A DNA stretch of 64,000 nt from an uncultured virus (IMG/VR IMGVR_UViG_3300037466_002145). Lineage: Duplodnaviria; Heunggongvirae; Uroviricota; Caudoviricetes. The first letter of the stretch is position 1. Every line of letters begins with the position of its first letter. Both the position numbers and the translations under genes were made by a program. The stretch covers positions 19,148 to 83,147 of the IMG/VR virus record IMGVR_UViG_3300037466_002145. The stretch is one strand, 5' to 3'. Shown piece after piece: positions 38,293 to 49,749 of the stretch. A model generated the notes under the pieces. That model was not told where the DNA came from and did no database searches. It worked only from the letters and a program-made list of their open reading frames with translations.

Positions 38293-38594
38293 TTTCGAAA
38301 GAACTTCTTTAGGGGACGGATTACAAATTCATCCGCGGCAATCCAGGCGACACACCCCACGAATAGGATCAGTAGTATGCTCAGAGGGAAGACGAGTTCC
38401 CACATCATCTTGCCGATGAAATAGTCTTGCCACGTCATTTCCCTACCTCGATGACTGCGTTCTTACTAAAGCATTGGTGAATTTGCCAATTGTAGACGCC
38501 ATTCTTGTCTTTGCATTCTTGCGCGTTTTCATCATAGCAACCGCAAAGTAGTAGGCATATTACAATTACAAATCTCATGTGTATCTTTCGTATA

Positions 38595-38680
38595 TGGCGG
38601 AAAATGCTGTACTTGAAACAGACTCCTTGCGGAGCGCATCCTTTAGCAGGGGAGCCCGCCACCTTGGCGATTCACTTTCC
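38595..38680 (-). tRNA. tRNA-Ser(GCT)
   Basis: CT-GCT-AA loop; long variable arm; G73-CCA; T-loop TTCAAGT. Confidence 0.75.
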
Positions 38681-39722
38681 TAATTTGTCGATTAATTTCG
38701 TGCAGAATTCGGTTTGTTGCGAATTGAGGGAACACGTAAGAACGGCATCTTGATAAGGTTTTTTCATATACTGTTCGGCTGCGCTTCCCAAGAATAAGAA
38801 AATAACGAATGCCAATATAAATCCACCGATTAATAAAATGTCGGTATGATCTTCATTCCACATCATGCACCTATACAGGTTTATATATCTTGTCGTTCAG
38901 TGTTGTTCTCACATCGCCACTTATTCAAAATGAAGTTGGGATGTTGATCCTTCCATTTATTGATAACGATTTGGCCGTTCATCACGCATTGGGCGGGAGT
39001 GACTCCTTCAATCGGTTTGTCAATCGTAATCGGTTGATCCACCGAACCATAAGGCGTGTATTCTGGTTGAAAAATTTCTTTGAACTCTCGGCATGTCCCG
39101 TTCTGTAGGGCGGGCGACGAATTGTCGATAGGTCCCGAAAAAAGAATGGAGCACGCTGTTATAACCACAGCGATAGCTGGCATTTGTTTATCCTGAAATT
39201 GATGTTAAACTCCGACGATTGGCAAGTTCTTTTGCTTTCAATTGCTTTTCGTCCATACAGGCACCGACATGCTGGACATACCAAAGACCTTCTTCGCCTT
39301 TGAGTTCAACACGCGCGCCCTGTTTGGCACCTTTTTCTTCAATCCAAGCCACTAAGACAGCCGTGCCTTTGGGGTTCTCGGATTCCTGAAGCATTCTGCA
39401 CTGGTAGTATTTCATTGGACTATTTATACCATAAAATGGACGGAAAAAGTAGTGTAAGAAAGACACTACCTATCGATCTTGCGCATTACAAAATTGTCTG
39501 ACTTGGGAAAGTATTTGATCAAGTAAGTTAGGGCTACACCACCAGCTTCATTGAAGACTGAAATGGTTTCCCACTTGGCTACTTCTTCCTTGGACAGAGC
39601 CCCCGCCCGATAGATGGCCTTGGCTTCGCCAAGTAGGACGCCGATGGTTTCGCGTAGAGGACTTTCATGACTCATTAAGTCATGAAGGTAGTCCTTATAG
39701 CCTTCAATATCGATTGTTTTAG

Positions 39723-40322
39723 TCATGCACCATTGATCTTTCGGAGAACACTTTGTCGTATTTTTTCTTTTTCAGCTTCGGTGCGAGGTTTACCTTTGTT
39801 CCAAGGAGTTTTGCCGCTATTAGCGGTGCCTATACGTTTTTTTGATTCTTCTGAATGAGTTTTATTTTTGAACGTTCCATTGGGGAATTTTTTTCGCAAA
39901 CTTGCTGTTCGCTTGGCACTTTGCTTCTTGTAAAATTCTTTTCCATCACTGGAATTTTTCCATTTTTGGAAACCAGCTTTACGGGCGTCAATACCACGTT
40001 CATACATATACTTGGCTTTTTCTGGCGACATACCTAAACCAAGACGATTGATATATCCAAAGCCACCCTTGCCACCTGGACATAGGTTGTAGGTATCTTC
40101 TGATATGACGACTAATTCTTTTTCTTTAGCATTCATTTCGTCTTCATTATCGAAGATGTGTAGAATCTCTTTGTGAAAATTTTCTATACCGTATTTTTCA
40201 ATTGCTCGTGTGATAAGAATACCTGAACCCATGTAGCCATCATTCAGGTCTTCTGTTTGATGTTTACCGATATAGTATTTGAAATTGATTTTATTGGTAA
40301 TACGATAGATAGTGTAGTACAA
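39723..40322 (-). CDS. GIY-YIG (Seg-like) homing endonuclease with NUMOD3-type repeats
   Basis: IYRITNKIN.KYYIGKH...YMGSG...KYG.ENF.KEIL...YNL..GG; HSEESKKRI. Confidence 0.9.
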   Translation of the reverse strand: MYYTIYRITNKINFKYYIGKHQTEDLNDGYMGSGILITRAIEKYGIENFHKEILHIFDNEDEMNAKEKELVVISEDTYNLCPGGKGGFGYINRLGLGMSPEKAKYMYERGIDARKAGFQKWKNSSDGKEFYKKQSAKRTASLRKKFPNGTFKNKTHSEESKKRIGTANSGKTPWNKGKPRTEAEKEKIRQSVLRKINGA

Positions 40323-40387
40323 TGATACTCTACAGTTGTTCTAATAGGTCTTACGATATGCCTATTTAGACAACTGTAGAGCTTATG

Positions 40388-40469
40388 CGGAGCCCAAAGG
40401 AATCGAACCCTCAACCTTTCGGTTGGCAATCGCTTTCAAGGCGATCTGTCCCCATGGACGCTGGACTCC
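40388..40469 (-). tRNA. tRNA-Ser(TGA), CCA not encoded
   Basis: ATCGC-CT-TGA-AA-GCGAT; variable arm AACC GAAA GGTT; G73. Confidence 0.8.
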
Positions 40470-40674
40470 AGCTTTGTTTATTTAGATATGCCTAATGCAG
40501 CGTCTATCATTTCTTGCCAGATGGATTCAAAAGTTGTGCCGCGTTCTGTAGCAGCTTCGATCATATCAGGCGTTGGATCACGCATCGCTTCAAGAACTTT
40601 GCGGGCAATCCATATAGGTTCACCCACAAATCTTGTGTCATGAATGACTTGTTGAAGACGCGCTTTCATTGGTG

Positions 40675-40905
40675 TCATTTGTATGTTCCGTATCGACCGA
40701 TGTATCCAGGGTGTTCTTTACAGTACGTGATGGATTCTTTAATCTGTGCGTCAGATATGTGCGGAAAACATTCCCTGACTTCTTCGATACCGTGGCGTTC
40801 ATAGAGCTTGGCCACGTCGTAGGGTTCGACGCGCGTCCCTTTGATGGTCGGTCTACCACCACACAACCCTGGAATTTCAACGATCATTGATTTCATCCTG
40901 GCCAC
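40675..40905 (-). CDS. DUF433-like protein
   Basis: PGLCGGRPTIKGTRV....V.........EEV...FP.IS..QI. Confidence 0.8.
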   Translation of the reverse strand: MARMKSMIVEIPGLCGGRPTIKGTRVEPYDVAKLYERHGIEEVRECFPHISDAQIKESITYCKEHPGYIGRYGTYK

Positions 40906-41827
40906 GGCACAGAGAAGGTGATGTTCCCTACGTCTCCACTGCGATGCATGATACCCAAGTATTCCGTGTGTCCCGAATCTTGGCTTGGTTGGATCGAGAG
41001 TGTAAATTGGCCAGCGTTAGTGATCCAGACGCGATGCTTTTTGCAGAGTTCGTTTAGGTCATTCATGAAAGCCAATGCTTGTTCGTCGGTCATTTCGCGA
41101 CCGCTATTTTCATAGCTTCGGTTTCGAAGTGTTCATAGTATTGGATAGCCGCCTCTAAGCGAGTCGTATTGACTCCCCCAGCCACCCCAGGTCCCCCAAG
41201 ACCAGTGTTGTGAACCTTCATAAGGTCAAGCACGGCCCGTGCAGTCTCGATTAGTAGTCGTGATTCAGGTCCGTTCATTTATTCACCTCTACAAGAAACC
41301 CATTACTGACTTTAAGATATCCAGTTTCGATAAGGTCTTCGATAATGGAGTGTTCGCGCACGGTCCATTCGCCATAATAATTGAGACCATCGAACAAATT
41401 GGCATATTGGACTAGTGACTGAACGGCATCCCCAGATACACTCATGCGAATGCTACTCCCCAACCCATTTTTCCAGGTAGTTTCACGCCTGCGAGGAACG
41501 CAATGCGGGCAATGTCCTTATAGAGAACCTTCGCGGCCTCGGGAGCCTCTACGGCTTCCCACCAAGCTTCGAAATGTTCTTCGGCGGTTCGATTGTCTCT
41601 GACCCATTCAGGCATGACTCAAAATCTTTCTCCACAATGCGGGCACACTGTTGCCAGCGGCGGTTTCTCGATGCCGTAGTCTTCAGGATCAACGTTGTAT
41701 TTGGATTTGATGTAATTGTAGGGATGGTCGGGATCGTCGCCGTCAAGGGCGTAACGATTGACCATCATTTGGCCACGCTTGACCCAAACGGACATTTCAA
41801 GGTCTTTGGTCATTCAATATTTTCCCG

Positions 41828-41902
41828 TGGTAGCTCCAGTGGGTTTCGATCCCACTTCGCCCGCTTGAAAGGCGGAAATTCTAGCCACTAAACTATGGAG
41901 CC
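41828..41902 (-). tRNA. tRNA-Glu(TTC)
   Basis: TCCGC-CT-TTC-AA-GCGGG; CCA. Confidence 0.85.
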
Positions 41903-42494
41903 ACTATTCCGAAATACGCGGCAGATATTATAGTATAGTTAAGCGATTTTTTCAAGCTCTAAATTTTCAGCTTGACACGACTCAAAGACTATGATGTTCT
42001 GAAAGGTTATATACCAACCAAGTTTGAAGACCCATGTGCGACGGGCGAACATGGCGAGGGCCAAATCCCCCTGTGCCCTCTGAAACGCATCGTGAATGCG
42101 CGATTCGAGAGTTGACGAATAAACAAGACTGTAGCGATCCAATTAACAAGGCACCCTCGATAGTAGTTGACACTGGAGCTATTTAGTAGGTTTCGTAATT
42201 AGGTTCGCCAGTCGTCCCCCAATCTTGCGATTCTTGGCAATGTCTTTGATGTGATCATACTTGCCGTCATTCAGGTCGGTCTCGATTTGAGCCAAGTTGA
42301 CGACACCCAATTCTTCCAAAAACTGAAAAGCATTTTGCATTCCGTACAGGATGCCCTCGATCTTGCCTGCCGAGTAACCCGACTTGCGGCCCTGGTCGTA
42401 TTGCATCTTCCCGTACTTGGCGAATAAATAGCCAATGGCGGCGAAAATTGCCGCGAACCAATAATAATTCATTAAACCCCCAAAGGATACTCAG

Positions 42495-42950
42495 TTGACA
42501 TTGCCCTGGATTACCGAAGCTCAAAAACACTTAGGTATAAAAAAAGATGGATTGGATGATATGACTATCGTGACGGACGCGAGTTATGACCCCGCGACGC
42601 AACCTTGGTCAGGATTGTTCATGGCCTTTGTCTTCGCACAGATCGGCACAGAGCCGCCGCCGAACTTCTTGGACCCCAAGGCATGGGTAGACTTCGGAAC
42701 CGCCCTAGATGAACCTGCTATGGGCTCTATCATTGTCCTCGGCCCTGGGACACGGGACACCCCCCATGTTGGCATCTATCTCGGGGAAGATGCCAACTAC
42801 TACTTTCTACTTGGTGGAAATCAGAATGACACAGTTTGTGTCACGCAAGCGCCAAAGGGGAAGGATGATGTATTCCGCTGGCCGCCCGACTTCGTGAATG
42901 CGCTGGTGAAAGGCAGAGTGAATACTACCATAGAAAAAGCAAAACTTTAA
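42495..42950 (+). CDS. TIGR02594-like CHAP-domain protein with catalytic Cys replaced by Ser
   Basis: PWI.EA.K.LG, PWSGLF, A..W..FG, HVG.Y, LLGGNQ.D.V, FRWP. Confidence 0.7.
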   Translation: MTLPWITEAQKHLGIKKDGLDDMTIVTDASYDPATQPWSGLFMAFVFAQIGTEPPPNFLDPKAWVDFGTALDEPAMGSIIVLGPGTRDTPHVGIYLGEDANYYFLLGGNQNDTVCVTQAPKGKDDVFRWPPDFVNALVKGRVNTTIEKAKL

Positions 42951-43071
42951 GCAAGCGGTATTAACGGTCCCGAATCGAACGGGAGTTTGACAATCGAGTT
43001 GCCTGTCTTTCCATTAGACGAATCGTTTCACTTATGATTCGGGTAGCTTTCCCGTAAGTGACACCGCTTGC
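42951..43071 (-). ncRNA. tRNA-mimic element inside a closing stem
   Basis: GCAAGCGGT/ACCGCTTGC stem enclosing a D arm (GTCT AATGGAA AGAC) and a T arm (TCCCG TTCGATT CGGGA); no CCA. Confidence 0.55.
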
Positions 43072-43158
43072 CGTTCCCTAACGATCATGCATAACCGTTT
43101 CGGTACTTTAAAATACTACCATAGACAAGGCTAAAGTGCAAGCCTAAAAAGGAAGGGC

Positions 43159-43248
43159 AAGGGACGGCGGGATTCGAACCCGCGCGCAAGAACGTCACCT
43201 CAGTTTTTTCGAGCTTCCATACTCTACTTCAACCTTAGATCAGTCCCT
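43159..43248 (-). ncRNA. Degenerate tRNA-like element
   Basis: AGGGAC/GTCCCT acceptor-like stem and perfect T arm GCGGG TTCGAAT CCCGC; interior non-canonical. Confidence 0.4.
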
Positions 43249-43997
43249 GGTGGAAGATACCCAGCAATGCCCGCTGGCGTCCCCATAGCGACTAACTTAG
43301 TAATAGGTAGGCTAAGTGTCAAGATCAAATGGTTTCCAATCTTTGAAGTAGGTCGTGCCGACGAAGTTGAATAGCTTCTGCACCCGCTTATCGTCCTCGG
43401 GGAACAGTTCCCAGAGCTTGGCCATTTTATACATGCTATAGTTAACCAACTGATAGTCAAACTCAGCCGCACTTGTCCGCCCCTCGGAAAAAATAACATC
43501 CTCGAAATCGAAGATGAATTTCTTCAAGGGACTCAAATCTTGAGTGACCCATGCCCGACATACAGTCTCGCGTAGAGCATCAATATCACTTGGAACTAAT
43601 CTAACACCAGCTTTGATCATCACCACCGCCCCCGTTGCCCTACATGTTTCCCGTGGTCGTCATAGACATGATAGAACAACATTTGTTCCCCCGCGGTTTT
43701 CTCGGTCGCAACCTGCATAGCTTCTTCAAGGGTATCGTAATCGCCTTGAAGCCAATCGTCGCCGTCGAAGGTATCAACACCCACAAGCCTGAACTTGCCC
43801 GCGGGTGCCTTGCGTGAAAAGTCTACGTCAATGGCCATGCTTCACCTTCCTGTTTGTTACACGCCTAAGACTATACGCCTTAGGCGTTCCTTTTCGATAG
43901 ACGGGTAGCACTGCCCGCCAAGTCAGCTTGCCGCTTCCCCAATCGCGTTTCTCATAGGCCCGATAGATTTTCATTGGCCGTCTTCGTAGACATTTCA

Positions 43998-44447
43998 TTA
44001 ATCCTCCACGTGGAAAGATACATGGCCAGGGTGGTTGCCGTGCTCAATGACATAGTCAAGTCTGTCCAGGACTTCTGCCTTGGATATCTTACGATCATTC
44101 CAGGTATTATGGTAATAATTTGGGTTAGTGAGCCAATGAGTTGTCACCATTGGTAATTCAAAGAATTTTGCGAAGGCATTAAAGCCATTATAGCGGGTCG
44201 CCTCATTTTTACCATAATAGATATCTCCAAGATACCTATTTCCTGCATCCTGACGAAAATAGAATCCTTGTTCCACGAATGGCTTATAGACTCCTGCCCA
44301 ACCTGCAAGACATCCTGCTGTCAAACAACTATATTCTTCGTTCTTGCCTTCAGGATTCAAATTTCTACCCCAGGAATACATATTGATCTTTTCTTCTGGG
44401 GCGTTTGCGAAGAAGTTCCGTAATTCTATCAGGCGTGCTTTATTCAT
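43998..44447 (-). CDS. Hypothetical phage protein (C...GC.AGWA motif)
   Basis: GGAGG RBS; similar to 4300-4752. Confidence 0.6.
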   Translation of the reverse strand: MNKARLIELRNFFANAPEEKINMYSWGRNLNPEGKNEEYSCLTAGCLAGWAGVYKPFVEQGFYFRQDAGNRYLGDIYYGKNEATRYNGFNAFAKFFELPMVTTHWLTNPNYYHNTWNDRKISKAEVLDRLDYVIEHGNHPGHVSFHVED

Positions 44448-45431
44448 CAGTTCCCTCCTGCTACGATTCCTAAGAGATATAAAAGAGAAGAATTAAGGCA
44501 GGCATACGTGATCGTCTTCGCCATGTGTCACCTATAGAATTTGCAGTTCGGAAACTCCTCGCGCAAAATGCGCTTGGCGTCATCCCGCGACTTGGCGTCA
44601 AAAAAGCGACGGATAGTCTCCTGTTCATTGGTCGCCCAATAGAGAGACCAGCCACGGCTTCGCAAGCCCCAATAGGCCCGCCGCTATCATAGCCGCCCGA
44701 ATCCAGTTTCACCTTTTGCAGGTAGAACTTATGGGGATGTTCAGGAATTGCCTGAAAATCTTCATAGGCATAAGGCAGGTCGGCACGCCCAAGCGGCGCA
44801 CCATACTTACCACTGAGTTTTTCCAGTTTAGGCATGTCAACCATCCGTTGTTTGATCGCGCCAGCACCACACAAATAGGTGCGCGAATGCTAGTATCCAA
44901 GGGCAATGAAGAAGTATCTCCATGTCAACCATCCTTCAACCAGAAGATATTGACGCCTAACCACAGATACCGAATCGGAACATACAGTTCTATCCAATGC
45001 TCAATGGCGGGGAAGGAGGGGATGATGGTCAATAAGACCATCACCACCAAAAGCTCCAATTTTACGTTGTGGCTCATGCAACATCCCCATTCACAAAGGC
45101 ATTGTAAAGGGTGATGACGAGAAACGCGCCAGCGGCAATTGCGTGACCACCGTGACCTTCAAACGCCGTGAAGAACAAATAAAGTGTCTCACCAACGATA
45201 TGACCGTAGTTGCCAATCACGTGAGAAAGTTTGGTCTTAAGTGTCTGAGTTTCGATTTCGTCCGTTTTGAAGAAGTCGAACATGTTGGGCTCCTGTTCGT
45301 GTTCGGGTGTTTGATTTCTTACTCAGTACGTCGTCGGTGAGAAATATCTAAACTTTCATTATCAAAAAATCAAGCACCAATTCTTTAATTTTCAAAAAAA
45401 ATTTTTTACCTGAAAAATTAGGAACTTAGGT

Positions 45432-45465
45432 AAAAAAAACCCCTGACCGCGAGGGTCAGGGGTTT
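45432..45465 (-). terminator. Rho-independent terminator
   Basis: CCCCTGACC-loop-GGTCAGGGG plus T8 on the minus strand. Confidence 0.85.
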
Positions 45466-45488
45466 GTTAGTTTGAGTTATAACGTAGC

Positions 45489-46436
45489 TTAGGCAGCCTG
45501 TTTGGCGTACTTCACCGCGAGGTCCAAAGCTTCGATCTTCTTATCCCGTCCCGCGCCATAGAACGCGGTTTCCATACGGGTATTGTCGTTGTAACCGAAC
45601 ACATGGTCTACGCCATAGGTTACGGCATTGAAGTTAGCCCACCACGTACCAGCCCCAAGATCGGCTCCAGGCTGTTCGTCAAGAATGCGGGTCAGCAACA
45701 CCTCAGCATTGCGCGACCGTTCCTTCTGGCGAGCATTCTTACCGACAAACGGATACAGCTTTTCGAAGTATTCTGCCGTATCGTCATTGTCGGCTCTTAC
45801 CTTACTGAGAAATTCGGCCTTCTCCTTGTACTCCTTCAACAGGCGACGGTTCTCAGCAATCAGCTTGTGGACTTCTTCAGGGTCAAACTCGGTGTCGTGC
45901 CGATAACGGAACATTGCCTTCTTCAATGCCTGGACCAGTGCGTTCATGCACACAGGACGAATCTGTGTCGGCGTAATCGCGATGCTCCAGCCGTATCGGT
46001 GCGGGTTCGAAAACAGGAAGTACGAATCGATATCGTCCAGTTTCTTACCGTGTTTGAGACGGAAGCCTTCGTTCAGTTTCGCCAGCACGAAGACATTGCG
46101 GCCTTCGTCCAACACACCGATGTTCTCAATCGACATTGAGCCTTCACGGATGTAACGCTGGAAGAATTTCAGGGCGTCTTCGTTCTGGTGTTCATTCCAA
46201 TCGTTCGGAACCGATGACAGAATGGCGTCAGTATCAGATCGGATAAGGGAACTTCGTCCCGTATAGATATGCCGATCCTTATAGATCACCAGTTCTGGCA
46301 CCTTATCCACCTTCCAATCAGCGCCTGCCTTCTTCAGCATTTGCTTCAAGGTGTCAGTGTCATCCACCGTTACCGAGAGATTTTCCCACGGCGCGGAGTT
46401 GTCACTGTAGTCGATTTCTTCACGTTCTTTGAACAT
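45489..46436 (-). CDS. DUF932/DUF945-family protein
   Basis: AG.DW.V.K, R.DT...L..V...W...QN.DA..FF, G.L..GR.VF.LA, T.IR.VC.NAL, GTWW..FNAVT...DH. Confidence 0.85.
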   Translation of the reverse strand: MFKEREEIDYSDNSAPWENLSVTVDDTDTLKQMLKKAGADWKVDKVPELVIYKDRHIYTGRSSLIRSDTDAILSSVPNDWNEHQNEDALKFFQRYIREGSMSIENIGVLDEGRNVFVLAKLNEGFRLKHGKKLDDIDSYFLFSNPHRYGWSIAITPTQIRPVCMNALVQALKKAMFRYRHDTEFDPEEVHKLIAENRRLLKEYKEKAEFLSKVRADNDDTAEYFEKLYPFVGKNARQKERSRNAEVLLTRILDEQPGADLGAGTWWANFNAVTYGVDHVFGYNDNTRMETAFYGAGRDKKIEALDLAVKYAKQAA

Positions 46437-46821
46437 GGATTTGTACCTTTGGTGTTACCTTGATGCTGTTGCGATCACCGTCACGTTTGTAGGCTTCAAG
46501 ATCACCCAACTTGTCTTCCAAGAGTTTCAAGTCGAGTGCCTTGAATTGTGTGACTTCACGCAAGGCTTCAAAGCTGTTACCTTCTGCCTTGAACAACCCA
46601 AGTTTGATCATGTTATTTTTGATCTTCTCTTTGAGTTGTGCTTCCTTCTTGATGGTCTCGGCAAAGGGACTCAGGATCGCCTGAACCACGCCATACTCGT
46701 CAATCTGTTTGACAAGCGCGTCAAGGACAACATTGCCAGTCGATTCTTGCAACACCTCGGCAAGTTTGTTGACGACCCTGGTAGCCTCTTTTGCTGAGGT
46801 CTTTCGTTTGAGTTTGGTCAT
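46420..46821 (-). CDS. Hypothetical protein
   Basis: AGGAG RBS; helical 133-aa ORF. Confidence 0.6.
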   Translation of the reverse strand: MTKLKRKTSAKEATRVVNKLAEVLQESTGNVVLDALVKQIDEYGVVQAILSPFAETIKKEAQLKEKIKNNMIKLGLFKAEGNSFEALREVTQFKALDLKLLEDKLGDLEAYKRDGDRNSIKVTPKVQIHVQRT

Positions 46822-46907
46822 GGAGTCTCCTTCTTCATAAGGGCTTCTTCGCCCGTTCGAAGGTGAACTTAATTTAGATTATGAAAGAATTCAAGGGGTA
46901 ATTTTGA

Positions 46908-47363
46908 TTATGAGGAAATTTTGCCGTCTTTGACGTGAATGGCGTTGATGCCATTTCTCTTATACATTTCAATGACTTCCATGCGATCATCGTAGGCTTG
47001 ATCGAAAAAGATGCCACCTTGTCGCTTTAGGAAGTGAATAATTTCTTCCTTGATGATGAAGTCAGGGCGCTTGTCACCCGCCGCCCGCATGTAGAGCCCG
47101 TGGTGTAGGTGCCCGAGGTCGTGCTTGCGCAACCAGTTCTCGGTATAGAGGCGGCAGTTGTCGGCCCGTGCGGTGATGATGTAGATATGGTCGCCCGCGA
47201 TATAATGGATTCGGTACATGGCCTCCAGGCCCCGCCAAATCTCGTGTTCAAAGGTCTTACGGTTCCATTCATCCCATAGCTTCGGAGCTTGGTCCAATAG
47301 ATAATCAAAAGGACGGGCATCCGTTAGGGTCCCGTCCAAGTCGAAGATGATATTTTTACTCAT
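46908..47363 (-). CDS. HAD-family phosphatase (PNK 3'-phosphatase-like domain)
   Basis: IFDLDGTL, ITAR, T..WL, LYMR..GD.RPD..IKEE, YDDR..V..M. Confidence 0.85.
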   Translation of the reverse strand: MSKNIIFDLDGTLTDARPFDYLLDQAPKLWDEWNRKTFEHEIWRGLEAMYRIHYIAGDHIYIITARADNCRLYTENWLRKHDLGHLHHGLYMRAAGDKRPDFIIKEEIIHFLKRQGGIFFDQAYDDRMEVIEMYKRNGINAIHVKDGKISS

Positions 47364-47965
47364 AGTTTGATGATGTTATTCGGTATGCGGAGAATTATTG
47401 TTCGTCGGGTTGCGTAGGGTTTATGGGGGTTATCGACAATAGCGGCATCAATCAGTTCGTCCCGCCAACTATCCTTGACTTTTTTGAACCCTACAATCGT
47501 GGTTTCGTGAACATAGATGCTAGAGCCTCGCCGCGTAACATATGCCACTTTATCGCCAACTTGTAATTCTATATCTCGGAAGTCTTTCATGCTGCGAACT
47601 TTCTCAGAAGGATTACGTCCATCGAAGGATCGAGACATTGACGTTGCGAGTCCATGACGACGTAAAACTTGGCGCGTTTTTTGATGATAGGATTGTGGCA
47701 GGTGAGGTGATTGCGAACGAAGGCCCAACAGTCTACTTGATAGGCACTGCGGAATAGGGTAAGTTCTGTCTCAGTGCAGGGGTCTTCAAATTCAAAATAT
47801 TTGACTTCATACATGGTTCCCCCTGATTACATACTGATATCGACCAAGCTCCCCGAAGCTGTGATCGCCCGCACTTTCTTCTTATACAATGCCGCCGCGT
47901 TCTTCAGCGCCATTGTAATCATCTGTTGTTGGTTCGGCACGGTCTGGATTGTGAACCACGTGCCG

Positions 47966-48448
47966 CTAATGTTCTGAATTTGAATTTCGATATTCGTATA
48001 ATTGTCGGTCATAATCGATAAATACTACTTCGGGATGTTCTCGGCAGTATTTAGCGATTTCAGCGAACGACATTTGCTTGAGGTCATTGAGTTCGGTTAG
48101 AGACCCATATTTCTTGTCGTCAAACTGAATATAGCCACCAAACATGCCGTTGGGTTGACGAAGATTCAATGCTTTCTGGACAACAAACGGAAGCACGCTG
48201 ACCAATACGTCGTCATAAACATCGACACGCGAACCGAACCCGACTATTGTGCTATTATCAGTGCTCTGAGTGTCAACCCGAGTGAGATTGAGTGGCTTCT
48301 CAAGAACCACACAGGCCCGTCCGAGACAGCAAAAGCTTTCAACACCATTCTTGCGATAGAGAACGCCAATCGCTTGCTTGGCATCCGTCGTTTCCAAGTC
48401 GCGAAGCCAAGCTTCCTGATGTTCGTTGAATTTGTACTTGAACCCCAT
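47966..48448 (-). CDS. Phage paralog family 'FCCLG.AC' protein
   Basis: Q..G.L....SFCCLGRAC...LP..V...L.L...LND...SFAEIA. Confidence 0.7.
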   Translation of the reverse strand: MGFKYKFNEHQEAWLRDLETTDAKQAIGVLYRKNGVESFCCLGRACVVLEKPLNLTRVDTQSTDNSTIVGFGSRVDVYDDVLVSVLPFVVQKALNLRQPNGMFGGYIQFDDKKYGSLTELNDLKQMSFAEIAKYCREHPEVVFIDYDRQLYEYRNSNSEH

Positions 48449-48927
48449 GTTACCTCCAGGCTTTCATTTTCTTCATAGTGTGGTATTCGATTCGGTCGCG
48501 AATACGTTGGCCAGCCGTCGCGTCACTGTCCCGATACAATCGATAGGCGCGATGATAATGCCGCTTCGACCGCTGCCCCTTCATCTGATGAACCCCGCAT
48601 AAAACGCGAGTGCTATAGATGCATGGTTCAAATAGGACGCGCCGTACACTGGTACTCAAAAGACCAGGGATGCGGCAGTGGACGGAAATCATCATTTACG
48701 GGCAACCATCACGACATAGGCTTCGGTGCAAGCCTTCACGGCGTCGTCCGAATAGCCCCGCGACATGGCTTCCTTGGTCACGGCCCAGACGTTCTGAAGC
48801 TCGGGTAGAGGTACAGAATGTCCCTTCAGAGCCGCCTTGGCGATCTGATCAATCTTGTCAGTGTTGGGAGTCATGTGAGTAAGTTCCCTCGGTTGAAGTC
48901 ACATGATAACAAACTTTGAGTTACTTT

Positions 48928-49305
48928 TCAAGTAAATTGTAACTCGTACTCTTTGGCTACCCTATCGAAGCCAACATGCCACTGAGACACCCCGCAGTTA
49001 TCGTGAATGTCTTGTAGCCGTCGCAAAAGATCATAAATTCTAGGACGTTTCATATAGAGGTCCTGCCCTAGAGTATTCAGAATAACGTCTTTCACTAACA
49101 TCCTGTGTTCAAATGCTGGTTTATATTTTTCGTCGGGAATAACTTGCCCTATCGCGCATTTGAGGACCGTGCCATCGTTTTTGAAACGTCGATACAAACA
49201 AAGCCCGAAAGAATCCGCCGATCTTTCGTTCTGTTTCAACAATTCTTTGGTGATGAAGTCAAAGATAACTTGGGCAGTAGCTTCGTTGAGGTTAGGTGCT
49301 TTCAT
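48928..49305 (-). CDS. Phage hypothetical protein (C.YR...L.CA.G..IPD..Y...LQ.IHD family)
   Basis: Tandem paralog of 49309-49749. Confidence 0.7.
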   Translation of the reverse strand: MKAPNLNEATAQVIFDFITKELLKQNERSADSFGLCLYRRFKNDGTVLKCAIGQVIPDEKYKPAFEHRMLVKDVILNTLGQDLYMKRPRIYDLLRRLQDIHDNCGVSQWHVGFDRVAKEYELQFT

Positions 49306-49308
49306 TTC

Positions 49309-49749
49309 TCATGGTCCTTTGTATTCAAGTTCGAACTTACTCGCGACGCGTCGCCAGTGTTCTTCCCAACAGTCTATGGCGACGGCATCGTGAACTTCCT
49401 GCATTTTTTTTAGTAGTCGCAGTTTGGCGTAGTGTTTTCGGTATATTTCAAAATCGTTCCCCAAGAAGCGCGGCGCAACGTTCGCCGCCAATACGCTTAT
49501 TTTTTCTATGGATGGATTATAGTTTGCATCGGGAAGGCAGCACCCCGCGGCGCATCGGAGAATTTCGCCAGTCGGTTTTTCATACCGATAGCGACACTCA
49601 AAGAAGGGTTCCATTTTTCCGTCTATGTTGACCTTCTCTATCATGACGCCCGATCTTTCTCCTTGCGTTCGAAGAAAGCCGCAGATGTAATCGAAGATCG
49701 TTTGTAGATCGGCTTCGACTAGGTTTGGGGGATTATATTCTTGTCGCAT
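49309..49749 (-). CDS. Phage hypothetical protein, paralog of 48928-49305
   Basis: Q.IFD.I...L..Q.ERS, CRYR, LRCAAG..LPD..Y, MQ.VHD. Confidence 0.7.
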   Translation of the reverse strand: MRQEYNPPNLVEADLQTIFDYICGFLRTQGERSGVMIEKVNIDGKMEPFFECRYRYEKPTGEILRCAAGCCLPDANYNPSIEKISVLAANVAPRFLGNDFEIYRKHYAKLRLLKKMQEVHDAVAIDCWEEHWRRVASKFELEYKGP

